This document shows positions 10,266 through 20,742 of a DNA stretch of 64,000 nucleotides, piece after piece. Source of the DNA: a bacterium (GTDB lineage Bacteria > JAMCPX01). Location of the stretch: the NCBI GenBank assembly GCA_037439545.1, contig JBBIVV010000003.1, positions 1 to 64,000 of the forward strand. The letters are read 5' to 3'. Position 1 is the stretch's first letter; each line of letters starts with the position of its first letter. A program made the translations under genes and the position numbers. The notes beneath the pieces were generated by a model. The model was not told the origin of the DNA. It was given only the letters and a program-made list of their open reading frames with translations, and ran no database searches.

Positions 10266-11594
10266 TCAGAGCCTGACTATCTTTTTGCTCTTGATATCCT
10301 TTGTGCCGTTTTTCGTATCAAAGACATGCTTCGAATGTTTCACAATCCAATCATAATTATAAATGGAATGGTCCGTAAGGATTACGGTACAATCCGCAGA
10401 GGAAAGAAGCTTTTTATTCAATTTTGCGGATTTAATATGCAGGGCGTCCTCATCGATGGCAGGAATATACGGATCATTGTATAATACTTTTCCTCCCCTG
10501 TGCAGTATCTCCTCAATTACGGGTATCGCAGATGATTCCCTCAGATCATTGACGTCCTTTTTATACGCAACACCCACTATAAGGATTGTGCTGCCCTTTA
10601 TGCTTTTACCCTGGTCATTCAGAATATCCGCGAGCCGGCTGACAACATAGTAAGGCATTTCATTGTTTATGTCTGTTGCAAGTTCAATGAACCTCGTCCT
10701 GTAATTGAAAACCTTCATTCTCCATGTCAGGTAAACAGGGTCTATCGGTATGCAGTGTCCCCCTATCCCTGGACCGGGATAAAACGGAACAAAGCCATAT
10801 GGCTTTGTTTTTGCAGCATCGATGACTTCCCATATATCTATGCCGAGCTTATTGCAGATGATGGCCATCTCGTTTACAAGGCCTATATTGATGCTTCTGA
10901 AAGTGTTCTCGAGCAGCTTTACCATCTCTGCACTATCGGCGGATGATACCTGAATTACATCTTTTATAATCTGCTTGAACAGCAGCACGGCAAGCTCTCC
11001 GGAAAGTTCAGTGACTCCCCCTACGACCTTCGGTATGTCTGTCAGCTTGTATCTCTTGTTTGCAGGGTCTATTCTTTCCGGAGAGAATACTGCAAAAAAA
11101 TCTTTATCAAGCACAAAATTATTGTCGGCCATTGTCGTAACGACGTATTCCCTTGTCGTCCCCGGGTATGTTGTACTTGTAAGAATAAGAAGTTTCGGCT
11201 TCTTTATTTTCTCTTTTATGTTCTTGACCGCAGAGGCGATAAAGAACAGGTCAGGTTCTTTCGATTTGCCAAGAGGTGTCGGCACGCATATGTCTACGAC
11301 ATCTGCATCGTCGATAGTATCGTAAGAGTCCGTGTAGGATATGAGACCAGAGCTGTTGATCTCTTTCAGCTCCTCAGAGCTTATGTCCGTTATGTATGAT
11401 TCGTTGTTCATCAATGCGGTTATTTTTTTTTCGTTTAAATCTATGCCCGTAACCCTGAAGCCGTTTTTTGCAAATTCGATTGCATAGGGCAATCCTACAT
11501 AGCCCAGCCCTATTATTGTTATTTTTGCCTTTCGCTCCAGAATCTTCTTCTTTAATAAATCAAAATTTGAGCCCCTCATATTTTTCCTTTCCAT
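10266..11594 (-). CDS. Nucleotide-sugar dehydrogenase (UDP-N-acetylhexosamine 6-dehydrogenase type)
   Basis: GLGYVGLP, CVPTPL, SPERIDP, KLLENTFR, GGHCIPIDP, AYKKDV.D.RES. Confidence 0.92.
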   Translation of the reverse strand: MERKNMRGSNFDLLKKKILERKAKITIIGLGYVGLPYAIEFAKNGFRVTGIDLNEKKITALMNNESYITDISSEELKEINSSGLISYTDSYDTIDDADVVDICVPTPLGKSKEPDLFFIASAVKNIKEKIKKPKLLILTSTTYPGTTREYVVTTMADNNFVLDKDFFAVFSPERIDPANKRYKLTDIPKVVGGVTELSGELAVLLFKQIIKDVIQVSSADSAEMVKLLENTFRSINIGLVNEMAIICNKLGIDIWEVIDAAKTKPYGFVPFYPGPGIGGHCIPIDPVYLTWRMKVFNYRTRFIELATDINNEMPYYVVSRLADILNDQGKSIKGSTILIVGVAYKKDVNDLRESSAIPVIEEILHRGGKVLYNDPYIPAIDEDALHIKSAKLNKKLLSSADCTVILTDHSIYNYDWIVKHSKHVFDTKNGTKDIKSKKIVRL

Positions 11595-11612
11595 AGAAAT
11601 TTATTTTGCTTT

Positions 11613-12689
11613 TTATAGATACTCTTTCAATCCATTCGCCTTCAATGTGGTGACGATGGATGCTATTGCACTATCATTATTCTTTTTTGTTATCAAGACC
11701 CTGCCTTCCGAGACTATAACCATAATGTCATGAATATCCGCTGTTACCACAAGGCTTTCTTCGCTGATAACGAGAGTATTGGTACTGTTGAGATCAAAGC
11801 CGCTGCCAATCCTCTGATTGCCGCTTGCATCCTTCGGTATCATGATGTTCGCGATTTGCTCGAAGCTTCCGAGATCCGCCCATCCGGTATTCATTTCTAT
11901 AACGAGTACATTGTCAAGCTTCTCTATTATGCCTTTGTCCACAGACAGGTCATTGAGTCTCGCATATTCATCTTTTATCGTCTTTCTCTCATAAGGACCT
12001 TTCAGAGATTTCTTGATCTTATCGAGTGCCGCTGCGAGTTCCGGCTGGTGCGTTTTCATTGCCCTTATCATCGACCCTGCCCTGAAAACAAATACCCCGG
12101 CGTTCCAGAGGTAACCATCTGCTATAAATTGCTCGGCATATTCTTTTGAAGGTTTTTCTATAAATTTATCTACCCTGTAAATGTCCTGCGTCCCGGAAGG
12201 GGCTGATTTTTCTCCTTTTGCAATGTAGCCGTAATTGGTGGACGGCCCGGCTGGTTTTACGCCGAAGACCAAGACGGCATCCGAGCTCTGGCATACGGCA
12301 ACGGCTTCTTTCAAGAGGTTCGTGAATTGTTCATTATTTTCTATATAGTGATCCGCCGGAGCTATGATGACAACTGCATCGTCCTGTTTCTCGAGTATAT
12401 GAATACAGGCAAGTCCTATCGCTGCTGCCGTGTTTCTCCCCACGGGTTCTGAGATAATGTTTTCAACCGGCAGTTCTTTTATTGCCTCATAGGTGGGGGC
12501 AAAAACTTCTTCGTTCGTCACGACGAGCAGGTTTTTATTCCCGACAACCTGTTCAAGCCTTATCAGGGTCTGCTTTATAAGGGGCTGGTCTTTCGGGATC
12601 GCAAGAACGGGTTTCGGCCTTGCCAGTCTTGAAAGCGGCCATAATCTTTTGCCCTGACCGCCTGCAATGATAACGCCATACACATTCAT
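11613..12689 (-). CDS. manC: Mannose-1-phosphate guanylyltransferase (GMP domain only)
   Basis: AGGQGKRLWPLSR..PK, EPVGRNTA, PADH, FIEKP, WNAG, GWADLGS. Confidence 0.88.
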   Translation of the reverse strand: MNVYGVIIAGGQGKRLWPLSRLARPKPVLAIPKDQPLIKQTLIRLEQVVGNKNLLVVTNEEVFAPTYEAIKELPVENIISEPVGRNTAAAIGLACIHILEKQDDAVVIIAPADHYIENNEQFTNLLKEAVAVCQSSDAVLVFGVKPAGPSTNYGYIAKGEKSAPSGTQDIYRVDKFIEKPSKEYAEQFIADGYLWNAGVFVFRAGSMIRAMKTHQPELAAALDKIKKSLKGPYERKTIKDEYARLNDLSVDKGIIEKLDNVLVIEMNTGWADLGSFEQIANIMIPKDASGNQRIGSGFDLNSTNTLVISEESLVVTADIHDIMVIVSEGRVLITKKNNDSAIASIVTTLKANGLKEYL

Positions 12690-13042
12690 CCCTTTCTCCC
12701 GTAATCATCCTCGAACCTTATCACATCGTCCATGTGCGGGGTTGAAACCTCGTAAATATATGAGTCCGATAAGGCGTTTATCCTGTGTTTTGTGCCCGGA
12801 AGTATCCGTATACTGGAGCCTTCTTTCAATTCAACCTGTTGATTCTCAGAATCAGGAAACTCGAGCACTACCTTCCCGCTGTTCAAAAACATAGTCTCAT
12901 CTTTCTGCCTGTGCATCTGCAAACTGGAGCGCATGCCCGTTTTCAGGAATAAAATCTTTCCTATATACAATTCGCAATCAGCCCATATCAGTTCATACCC
13001 CCAGGGCTTATCAACCCGGTACGGCGGCTTCCTCGGTGTCAT
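12686..13042 (-). CDS. Stand-alone cupin, similar to the type II phosphomannose isomerase domain
   Basis: VDKPWG, SLQMH..KDE, P.TKHRI, DDVIRFEDDYGR; ATGA-coupled to manC. Confidence 0.8.
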   Translation of the reverse strand: MTPRKPPYRVDKPWGYELIWADCELYIGKILFLKTGMRSSLQMHRQKDETMFLNSGKVVLEFPDSENQQVELKEGSSIRILPGTKHRINALSDSYIYEVSTPHMDDVIRFEDDYGRKG

Positions 13043-14232
13043 ATGACTCCGGATGCCGTATCTGCGAGGAGCTTATCCCCGGCTTCTATCTCCCGAACGC
13101 TTTTTGTTATAAGAGCCGTCGAGGTGTTACCGTGCACGCTTATGATTAAAAGCTTACCCAATATCTCTTTAGGCAGTTGCAGTGTTTTGCCGGTTGAGGG
13201 GTCTTCGACAGATTTTCTGTCTTTGTATATGACGAATGTATTGCCTACCTGCACCCCGTCGCTGCTTCCCCTGTCTATATAAACAATGTCGTTTTCTCCG
13301 AAATTTTTCTGGTTGCCTTTCCCGCAGACAAGGTAGCCGTCAATGGGGTTTGATGCCAGTGCCAGGGTTATTGTTTTTGTCCCCGGTTCATAAGGCATGA
13401 GTTTGTCATGAACCCTTATCTCTTCGGATGACAAGGTAATCCGAGCAGTGGATACACTGCCCTCTACCTTCGTTATTTTCAATATTCCCAAAACCCTTAT
13501 CTTATAGCCGAGGAAACTGCCTGTTGACGGGTCATCAATCTCTCCGTCTGTTTTATATATTCTAAACTGATCACCCTCTTTTACGCCCGCATCGGTACCG
13601 AGGTTTATAAATACTACATCATTCTCTCCAAGTATGGTCCTTTCGTGCACATGAGATGCAACGATTTCTCCGGCAGCCGAGAGCTCCTCTTTCGTTAAAA
13701 ATCCTGCAGATCCTGCGGATGGATATAAATAAGTATTGGCCGCTACATTGGCATACTGCATGCCGTACGGTGTAGCTGTCTCAATGGAAGGAGTAACCTC
13801 CTCCTGCGGCTCCTCCATGGGCTGCTCCTCTGTTTCTATGGTCGGCGCAGTCATTTCCTGTGTTGACGATGTTATCCCCTGTTCAGGTAGTTGTGCGACC
13901 TGTTCGGGAGCCTGGGCAGCAGACGTTATAGGTGCGGCTGTCGTGCCTGCCTCTGCAACGCCTGCTGAAGGTACGACAGAAGTGGGAAGTAGTGCTATCG
14001 GCTCACCGGGATAAATAAGGTGTGGATTGGTTATGTATTTGTTCTGTTCCCATAGTTTAGGCCAGAGCCAGGGATTTGCGTTAAACCGGACAGCTATGTT
14101 CCAGAGCGTATCTCCCTGCTTCACGATATAAACCATTGCGTCTTTGTTGGAGTCTGTCATGCCGTAGACCGATGATAACACCAACATTAATCCGCATATA
14201 AACCCCAAGGCTATTCTTTTTTTATTCTTCAT
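13039..14232 (-). CDS. LysM peptidoglycan-binding secreted protein (TsaP-like architecture)
   Basis: Start re-called at 14232 (SD GGAGGG, signal peptide); YIVKQGDTLW.IA...PWLWP.LWE.N..I.NPHLIYPG; acidic linker; two C-terminal beta repeats. Confidence 0.85.
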   Translation of the reverse strand: MKNKKRIALGFICGLMLVLSSVYGMTDSNKDAMVYIVKQGDTLWNIAVRFNANPWLWPKLWEQNKYITNPHLIYPGEPIALLPTSVVPSAGVAEAGTTAAPITSAAQAPEQVAQLPEQGITSSTQEMTAPTIETEEQPMEEPQEEVTPSIETATPYGMQYANVAANTYLYPSAGSAGFLTKEELSAAGEIVASHVHERTILGENDVVFINLGTDAGVKEGDQFRIYKTDGEIDDPSTGSFLGYKIRVLGILKITKVEGSVSTARITLSSEEIRVHDKLMPYEPGTKTITLALASNPIDGYLVCGKGNQKNFGENDIVYIDRGSSDGVQVGNTFVIYKDRKSVEDPSTGKTLQLPKEILGKLLIISVHGNTSTALITKSVREIEAGDKLLADTASGVI

Positions 14233-14372
14233 AACCCTCCCGTGTTTTTTTATAAATCCATACCAGTTATAAGGCTCGTAGTCAATAAGGTTGTATAGTA
14301 TAGCCGAATCAGGGCTGTTCGCCGGATGGCCCTGCACCATACATTGATACAGATTGCATAAAGTCATCGGTA

Positions 14373-15002
14373 ATGATACATGCTGCTGACATGAATAATA
14401 TTGATACTCTGCTCTCCAATTTATATCCATGGTCATACTTTATCGTCGGTATCGGCGTGATGATAGAGAATGCCGGTATTCCCGTACCCGGTGAGACTAT
14501 CATGCTTACCGCAAGTATACTGTCGGCAGCAGGCAGGCTCGACCCCTATCTTGTTATCGTAAGCGGTGCAACCGGGGCTGTAATCGGCGATAATATCGGG
14601 TATTGGATCGGAAAAATCGGAGGAAGAAGACTTATTGAAACCGTTTCAAAAAGATTATCTTATGTGAATCAGGCGGAAAAATATACGGAAAAGTTCTTCA
14701 ACAAACACGGAGGGAAAACCGTCTTTTTTGCGAGGTTCATAACGGGTGTAAGGATATTCGCTGGGCCGGTTGCAGGCGCATCTCTCATGGATTTCAAGAA
14801 ATTCTTTTTATATAATGCACTCGGTGCAATTGTATGGGCGTGTACGATTGTATTCGGGGTAATGTATCTCGGTAATGTTTACCGGCAATATGTAAGGGAT
14901 TACATAGATGCTGATTTTGTGATCTATGGACTTTTATGCATTGTACTGCTATTCATTACGTACAGGATGATAAGAAGGTTTAGAGAATCAAATAAGAAGT
15001 AG
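14373..15002 (+). CDS. DedA family membrane protein
   Basis: ENAGIPVPGE, GDNIGYWIG, FF.KHG...VFFARFI.G.R; start may be 14391. Confidence 0.92.
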   Translation: MIHAADMNNIDTLLSNLYPWSYFIVGIGVMIENAGIPVPGETIMLTASILSAAGRLDPYLVIVSGATGAVIGDNIGYWIGKIGGRRLIETVSKRLSYVNQAEKYTEKFFNKHGGKTVFFARFITGVRIFAGPVAGASLMDFKKFFLYNALGAIVWACTIVFGVMYLGNVYRQYVRDYIDADFVIYGLLCIVLLFITYRMIRRFRESNKK

Positions 15003-15049
15003 ACAGTTGCGCATGATGCAGTTTCGACAAATACAAGAAATAACCGTAT

Positions 15050-15814
15050 ATGACAGATAACAGGAAAAAACATGGGCTGTTGGACTTTATAGCTGCAATA
15101 TTTCCGGGTCAATCGCGGCGCATCGTTGATGCCGAGATTAAAAGCCTTTTGCTTCACATAGAGAATGTAACAGGGAAAAGATTCAAGAACCACCATCTCG
15201 TCAAGAAGGCATTAACGCACAAATCATCGAAGAATGCGGATGAACATAATAACTATGAAAGGATGGAGTTCCTTGGCGATGCGGTGCTCGGGCTTATCGT
15301 GTCAGACCTGCTTTACACATTCTATAAGGATGAAGACGAGGGCAGACTTACCTATTATAAGGATACGCTCATTCAGATGAGAAGCCTCGCCGGAAAAGCG
15401 AGGGAACTCGGTCTCAGTGAGTATGTGATAGTCGGCAATAAAGAAAAGAAAAACGGATTTTCAAACAGCGATACCCTGCTCGGGGACATATTTGAATCTC
15501 TGATAGGCGCTATATATCTGGACATGGGATTCGAGGGTGTATTCAAGTTTATAAAAAGACTTTTTGAAAACGACATACAGCATATTAAAGAGCAGCCGGA
15601 ATGGGACTTCAAATCAAAATTAAACAATATCGCGCAGGAAATCTACAAGATGCCGCCTGATTATAAAATAATGGGCGAATCTATTGTCAACGGCATCAAG
15701 GTGTACAGGGTTGCCGTAGAACTGAACAAAAAAGTCATAGCGTACGGAGAGGCAAGAAATAAAAAAGAAGCCGAGCAAAAAGCTGCAATGAAGGCGCTTG
15801 CCAAATTTGAATAA
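15050..15814 (+). CDS. rnc: Ribonuclease III
   Basis: ALTHKS, ERMEFLGDAVLG signature, D.FES.IGAIYLD, C-terminal dsRBD (KK.AEQ.AA). Confidence 0.96.
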   Translation: MTDNRKKHGLLDFIAAIFPGQSRRIVDAEIKSLLLHIENVTGKRFKNHHLVKKALTHKSSKNADEHNNYERMEFLGDAVLGLIVSDLLYTFYKDEDEGRLTYYKDTLIQMRSLAGKARELGLSEYVIVGNKEKKNGFSNSDTLLGDIFESLIGAIYLDMGFEGVFKFIKRLFENDIQHIKEQPEWDFKSKLNNIAQEIYKMPPDYKIMGESIVNGIKVYRVAVELNKKVIAYGEARNKKEAEQKAAMKALAKFE

Positions 15815-15821
15815 CGAACGA

Positions 15822-16358
15822 TTACTTTCTTTTATAGCGTCCCATGAGTTCTGTCTGTGCAAGTATGTGGTCTTTCATTGCTTTTTCCAGAACAGGTTTT
15901 TCTGAGGCAGGGCTTATCGTAAGGATTGTATCGAGAGCGTACAACGTGAAGAAGTATCTATGAATTCCCCAGGGCGGACAGGGCCCGCCGTATTCGTGCT
16001 TTTTAAAGCTATTGATTCCTTGAACAGCGGGTTCAGGCACGCTCCCTTGTTTTATCGTATGCATATCAGGACTCATATTCCACAACAACCAGTGGACCCA
16101 TGTGCCCACCGGCGCGTCGGGGTCGTCGACAATCAATGCAAGTGATTTTGCATTTTTCGGAACGTTCTTAATCACAAGTCCGGGATTTACGTCCTTGCCA
16201 TCGCACGTATATTCTTGCGGTATAAATCCAAGCCGGTTGAATGCAGGCGATGAAAGCTCAAGTCCGGCTTCTCCTGCTCTTACTGCCCGGGTGCCGGCAG
16301 ATGCGTTCCCTATAAAAATCAAAACGATTATCAGATATACTATATGCTTTGTGCTCAT
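15822..16358 (-). CDS. YbhB/YbcL (PEBP/Raf kinase inhibitor-like) secreted protein
   Basis: YTCDG, DDPDAP, WVHW, GPCPP.G.HRY; start re-called at 16358 (ATGA overlap with apt stop, signal peptide). Confidence 0.9.
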   Translation of the reverse strand: MSTKHIVYLIIVLIFIGNASAGTRAVRAGEAGLELSSPAFNRLGFIPQEYTCDGKDVNPGLVIKNVPKNAKSLALIVDDPDAPVGTWVHWLLWNMSPDMHTIKQGSVPEPAVQGINSFKKHEYGGPCPPWGIHRYFFTLYALDTILTISPASEKPVLEKAMKDHILAQTELMGRYKRK

Positions 16359-16879
16359 TTGTACTGTATCAACGAGAACGCGGGATGCGGCTTTATCTTG
16401 TTCCTTCCTTTTAATCCAAGCAGTTCTATAACGAATGCGCACTCGACAACCTTGCCGCCCGATTTTGTGACAAGCTGGATTACGGCGGCAGATGTCCCGC
16501 CTGTTGCGAGCAGGTCATCGACGATAAGGACCCTATCGCCCTTTTTTATGGCATCTTTGTGTATCTCTACCTCATCAACCCCGTATTCGAGCTGATAGCT
16601 TGCCCGGACGGTCCTGTAAGGCAGTTTGCCCTTTTTTCTGACGAGCACAATACCCTTGCCAAGCTTGTATGCGAGCGCCGAGCCGATGATAAAACCCCTT
16701 GCATCAATAGCAACCACGACATCGATAGCACTATCGATATACCTGTTGCCGAGTATGTCTATGGTGCGCTGAAACGCCTTTGCGTCTTTCAGAAGTGTCG
16801 TGATGTCATAGAACAGTATGCCCTTCTTCGGAAAGTCCGGTATCTCCCGTATAGCCTGTCTCAAATCAAACTCATCCAT
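16355..16879 (-). CDS. apt: Adenine phosphoribosyltransferase
   Basis: [35 protein letters not shown]. Confidence 0.97.
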   Translation of the reverse strand: MDEFDLRQAIREIPDFPKKGILFYDITTLLKDAKAFQRTIDILGNRYIDSAIDVVVAIDARGFIIGSALAYKLGKGIVLVRKKGKLPYRTVRASYQLEYGVDEVEIHKDAIKKGDRVLIVDDLLATGGTSAAVIQLVTKSGGKVVECAFVIELLGLKGRNKIKPHPAFSLIQYK

Positions 16880-17023
16880 CGTATTCCTCCAGTCAAAGTA
16901 TAGAACATAAATAGAGCAGAATTTTTAGAAAAGCAAACGATCGGATAAAACAGGACTGCGTCATAATGTATTTCTGAGGCTTTAGCCGAAGAATTTAAAA
17001 ACTTCAAGAAGGGCACATACTAC

Positions 17024-18598
17024 CTAATTATTCCGACGAAAAAGTTTCTTTCTCATGAAATTAACCGCCTCATGGAGTTCCCGTGCCCTGAGAACATAAG
17101 CGGTCATAAGATAGACAGACATGCCCGTGAGCAGTGCGAGGAAGAGCATAACCGCAAGGTGCAGTGCCGTGCAACGGACGGTAAGATAAATAACTTGTTT
17201 GAATAACAGCAGTATCACACCGCTCATGAAAAGCGACGAGATGACCGCCTTTAACAAGGAGCTCGTTATTGCCCTTAATCCGAGCATGCCTATCTTTGAT
17301 CGCAATGCATAGAGTAAATAGAAGAGATTGAAGAAAGCTGATATGCTTGTTGCGAGTGCAAGGCCTCTGTACTCCATAGTGTTCATAAGCCACACGCTGA
17401 GCAAAAGATTGATGATCACGGTAAAAAAAGCTATTATAACCGGCGTTTTCGCGTTCTTCATTGCGTAGAATGCCTGTGTAATTACCCTCGTGTATGCGAC
17501 CGCCCATAAGCCTATCGCATAAAACATAAGAGCGGAGGAGACCGCTATTGCATCATTCCTGCTGAAAGAACCCCTGTGGAACAAAACCATTATTATAGGT
17601 CTTGACAGGATGATCAATCCTGCTGTTGCCGGTATCGTAAAGAAGTTCAAAAGTCTTAAAGAGAAACCAAGGGAATCTTTCAGTCTCACAAGGCTATCCT
17701 GTGCCGTGTCACGGGACATTGCCGGCAGTGCTGCAATGGCAATCGATACCGCGAATATGCCCTGAGGGAATTCAAACAGTCTCGATGCGTAATAAAGATA
17801 CGAGATGCTCCCTGTCTTAAGGAATGAAGCCAGTATGTTGCTGACGAATACATTCAACTGATAAACTGCAGCGCCGAACACCATGGGCAGGAACAGAAAA
17901 AGAGATTCTTTGAGGGCAGGGTGCTTGTAATCGAAGTTGAAGGAGAACAGATAGCCCTTTTTGCGCATGAGTATCAATTGCGGGATCAACTCCATGAGAG
18001 CTCCAACTACGACTCCGATGGCTACTGTGATGATTGCATGCCTGCCGTGATTGGCGATCAGGATAAAGGTTATTATGGAAATGTTCAGGATGATCGGAGA
18101 AAGTGCGGGCACAAGAAAGCGTTTCAGGGAATTCAGGATGCCCATACACAGGGCCACAATGCTCACAAACAGGATAAACGGAAACATGATCCTCGTTAAA
18201 GTTACCGTAAGCTTGAATTTCTCCGGGTGAGACTCGAAGCCCGGTGCAAACAGGTATACAAACTGTTTTGCGAAGATTACGCCGAGCAGGGAGATGACGG
18301 CAAGGATGACGAACAGATAACTGAAGGTGATGTCGGACACCTTTTTTGCTTCTTTGTCTCCGTGTTTTTCATGATAAGAAGTGAAAACGGGGACAAATGC
18401 GCTGCTCATGGCACCCTCTGCAACAAGCCTGCGGAGGAGGTTCGGTATTCTGAAGGCCACAAAGAATGCATCGGCAGAGGTAATTGCGCCAAAAAAATAA
18501 GCAAAACTTATGTCCCTCACCAGCCCCAGCACCCTGCTGATCAAGGTCATAATGCTCACGACACCGGCGTTTTTTGCTATATCGGATTTACTGCTCAT
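17024..18598 (-). CDS. murJ: Lipid II flippase MurJ
   Basis: SRVLGLVRD, AFRIPNLLRRL.AEGA...AFVP, YA.RL.EFP.G; multi-TM. Confidence 0.95.
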   Translation of the reverse strand: MSSKSDIAKNAGVVSIMTLISRVLGLVRDISFAYFFGAITSADAFFVAFRIPNLLRRLVAEGAMSSAFVPVFTSYHEKHGDKEAKKVSDITFSYLFVILAVISLLGVIFAKQFVYLFAPGFESHPEKFKLTVTLTRIMFPFILFVSIVALCMGILNSLKRFLVPALSPIILNISIITFILIANHGRHAIITVAIGVVVGALMELIPQLILMRKKGYLFSFNFDYKHPALKESLFLFLPMVFGAAVYQLNVFVSNILASFLKTGSISYLYYASRLFEFPQGIFAVSIAIAALPAMSRDTAQDSLVRLKDSLGFSLRLLNFFTIPATAGLIILSRPIIMVLFHRGSFSRNDAIAVSSALMFYAIGLWAVAYTRVITQAFYAMKNAKTPVIIAFFTVIINLLLSVWLMNTMEYRGLALATSISAFFNLFYLLYALRSKIGMLGLRAITSSLLKAVISSLFMSGVILLLFKQVIYLTVRCTALHLAVMLFLALLTGMSVYLMTAYVLRARELHEAVNFMRKKLFRRNN

Positions 18599-18611
18599 GT
18601 AGGGTTACCGG

Positions 18612-19733
18612 TCATTTCACGATACCGCCGAGCGCCTTCGAAAATTCCGCAAGCGTACACAGGTTCGTGAGTTCCTTGTCCATCAAAAGGTACAGCAGTG
18701 TATAGGAGATGGCGTTTGCCCGGACCTTGGTCCTGAGGTAGTCAATCAACTTCTTATCATGCAGAGCAAGCCGGTCCATATTCAATGTTTCTTCTATCAC
18801 TCTTTTTAATGCCTCATCCTCCTCAAGCTTATTCTTGAGCCTGTTTACATCGGTCCTTACTGTATCACTGCTGTAAAAGGTGTCGTGGACCTTGTTCATA
18901 ATAAATCCGGAGAAGTTTATGTGAAAACCTTTCAAGATACTGTAAAAATATATTGCCTCTTCAACCGCATCATGTGTCGGTATGGTTACCATATAAAAGT
19001 GCACATTCTTCGAGGATAAGAGAGACTGCACATCCCTTGCCCTTGATTTAAACCCCGAGTACAACCCGTCAAACTCACTGAAAAAATTCGTAAGTTCTTC
19101 AACTATTTCAAGTCCGACATAGCTTTTTAAAAGTTTTATGACCTTCTGCGGCGCCCGGTTGATGATGTTTAAACCGAGCAGGCTTACATTCATCGACGGC
19201 TTCACGAGCCACTTTAAAACACCCGAGCTAATCAACTGCGTGAGCCTGTTCGGTGCTGTCAGGAAGTTTATGGCATGTCTTGCCGGAGGAGTATCGACGA
19301 CGATAAGATCGTAATCGTACTCGTTTTTTATCTCATACAATTTCTCCATTGCCATATAATCTTCCGATCCTGCAAGCTCTCCCGATACATACTGATAATA
19401 ACTGTTGTTTAATATCGCCTCTGCCTTTTGTTCCGACTGGGCATATTTTCTTATGAGGTTGTTGAAGGTCGTTCTTGTCTCGAGGATCATGGCATCCAGG
19501 CTGCCCGTCATGCCGGTATCGCAGCCGGTAAAAGCTGATAAAGGTATAGATGTCGGAGTGTTTTTAAGTGTTTTCAAGCCCATCGATTGTGCAAGCCTTT
19601 TTGCGGGATCAATGGTCATGACAAGCGTTTTCCTTCCTTTCAGAGCGGACGCTATACCGATCGCAGCTGATACGGTCGTCTTTCCGACGCCTCCGGTTCC
19701 AACACATACTATAACCTCTGGCTGGGGTCTCAT
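18612..19733 (-). CDS. ArsA/Get3-like ATPase (subunit 2)
   Basis: GTGGVGKTT, TIDPAKRLA, DYMAMEKL, VVDTPP. Confidence 0.88.
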   Translation of the reverse strand: MRPQPEVIVCVGTGGVGKTTVSAAIGIASALKGRKTLVMTIDPAKRLAQSMGLKTLKNTPTSIPLSAFTGCDTGMTGSLDAMILETRTTFNNLIRKYAQSEQKAEAILNNSYYQYVSGELAGSEDYMAMEKLYEIKNEYDYDLIVVDTPPARHAINFLTAPNRLTQLISSGVLKWLVKPSMNVSLLGLNIINRAPQKVIKLLKSYVGLEIVEELTNFFSEFDGLYSGFKSRARDVQSLLSSKNVHFYMVTIPTHDAVEEAIYFYSILKGFHINFSGFIMNKVHDTFYSSDTVRTDVNRLKNKLEEDEALKRVIEETLNMDRLALHDKKLIDYLRTKVRANAISYTLLYLLMDKELTNLCTLAEFSKALGGIVK

Positions 19734-20680
19734 AGTGCGGCGCCGCCGATAGCAGTAAGTTGTATCGATAAAGACTCTGCAATAAAAAGGTCGCTGTCCG
19801 GTGTTTCTACGAAAGGCAGGGTCACCACAGGTATATTTTTTACTCTGCTGTTGAACCAGTCAATAGCCCTGTGTTCCATTTGTGCGTAATTCAGCAATCG
19901 TTGAACCGCATGTGCTATGCTTTCATGTACGGTCTGTTTTGACGCAAGCTCTTCGAGCCGCTGCCGGTAGTATCGCGGCTCCATAATGCTTATTCTTCCC
20001 GAGACAGTCATGTTAAGAAAAAAAGCCCTGATGACCGGTTGTTGGATTTCAGCAAGTTCTTTCTGTGCCTCGACAGCCTCAGTTACCGCCATTTCATCAG
20101 GCGTACTGACGATTGCAACGGAGCATTTACCCGAGTCAATCAAATGGTAGACCTTCTCCGCCTCTTTCTTGACCGGGCCTATCCTGAACATCTTCATCAC
20201 GGTCTGGGGCGTTTTTACAAACGAAACAAATTTTCCGAGTTGCGGTGCGTCCACGATTATCGGATCATACAGATGTTTTCCGTTGTCATCCCTTTTTTTT
20301 TCAAGGTCGTAGAGCTTGCCGACAGCGACGAGTTCTTTGAGTCCCGGTGCCGTATTCGAGATATGACGGTAGAATTTCGTGCTCAGGACAAATTTAGACA
20401 GTATATCCAAAATCAACTGTCTCCTTATATATTCTGCGAGTGCCTCGTCCGCTGAAATGTTGAAATAGAACAGATTCCTGGTGATCTCTGTTTCCCTGTA
20501 TGGCTCTGCTTTTATATGAAAGATGTGTTCTATGCTTTTATCCGGAGCAAACTCAACAATCAGCGGTTTTCTGCCCGCAGACTTTAAAAATATACCCATG
20601 GCAGTAGTTATCGTGCTTTTTCCTACCCCGCCTTTACCGGTAACAAAAATGATCCTGCTTTTGAACAGTTCTTCCAACAT
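19730..20680 (-). CDS. ArsA/Get3-like ATPase (subunit 1)
   Basis: TGKGGVGKST, APGLKEL...GK, VDAP; ATGA-coupled to its paralog. Confidence 0.85.
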   Translation of the reverse strand: MLEELFKSRIIFVTGKGGVGKSTITTAMGIFLKSAGRKPLIVEFAPDKSIEHIFHIKAEPYRETEITRNLFYFNISADEALAEYIRRQLILDILSKFVLSTKFYRHISNTAPGLKELVAVGKLYDLEKKRDDNGKHLYDPIIVDAPQLGKFVSFVKTPQTVMKMFRIGPVKKEAEKVYHLIDSGKCSVAIVSTPDEMAVTEAVEAQKELAEIQQPVIRAFFLNMTVSGRISIMEPRYYRQRLEELASKQTVHESIAHAVQRLLNYAQMEHRAIDWFNSRVKNIPVVTLPFVETPDSDLFIAESLSIQLTAIGGAAL

Positions 20681-20742
20681 AGGTTAGGAAAGACTATACA
20701 TGATTATGGGAAATGGCACAAATTAAAACAAGAAAAGATGTG

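Noticed and set aside
14233..14436. Long N-terminal extensions of ORF-track calls (LysM; likewise lpxH, TolC, YbhB, beta-barrel, OPX)
   Set aside because: Downstream starts give proper SD or promoter spacing and signal peptides; the extensions overlap neighbouring genes or promoters
18612..20680. Arsenic resistance operon
   Set aside because: No arsR/B/C/D or acr3; motif pattern fits the non-arsenite paired ArsA-like family
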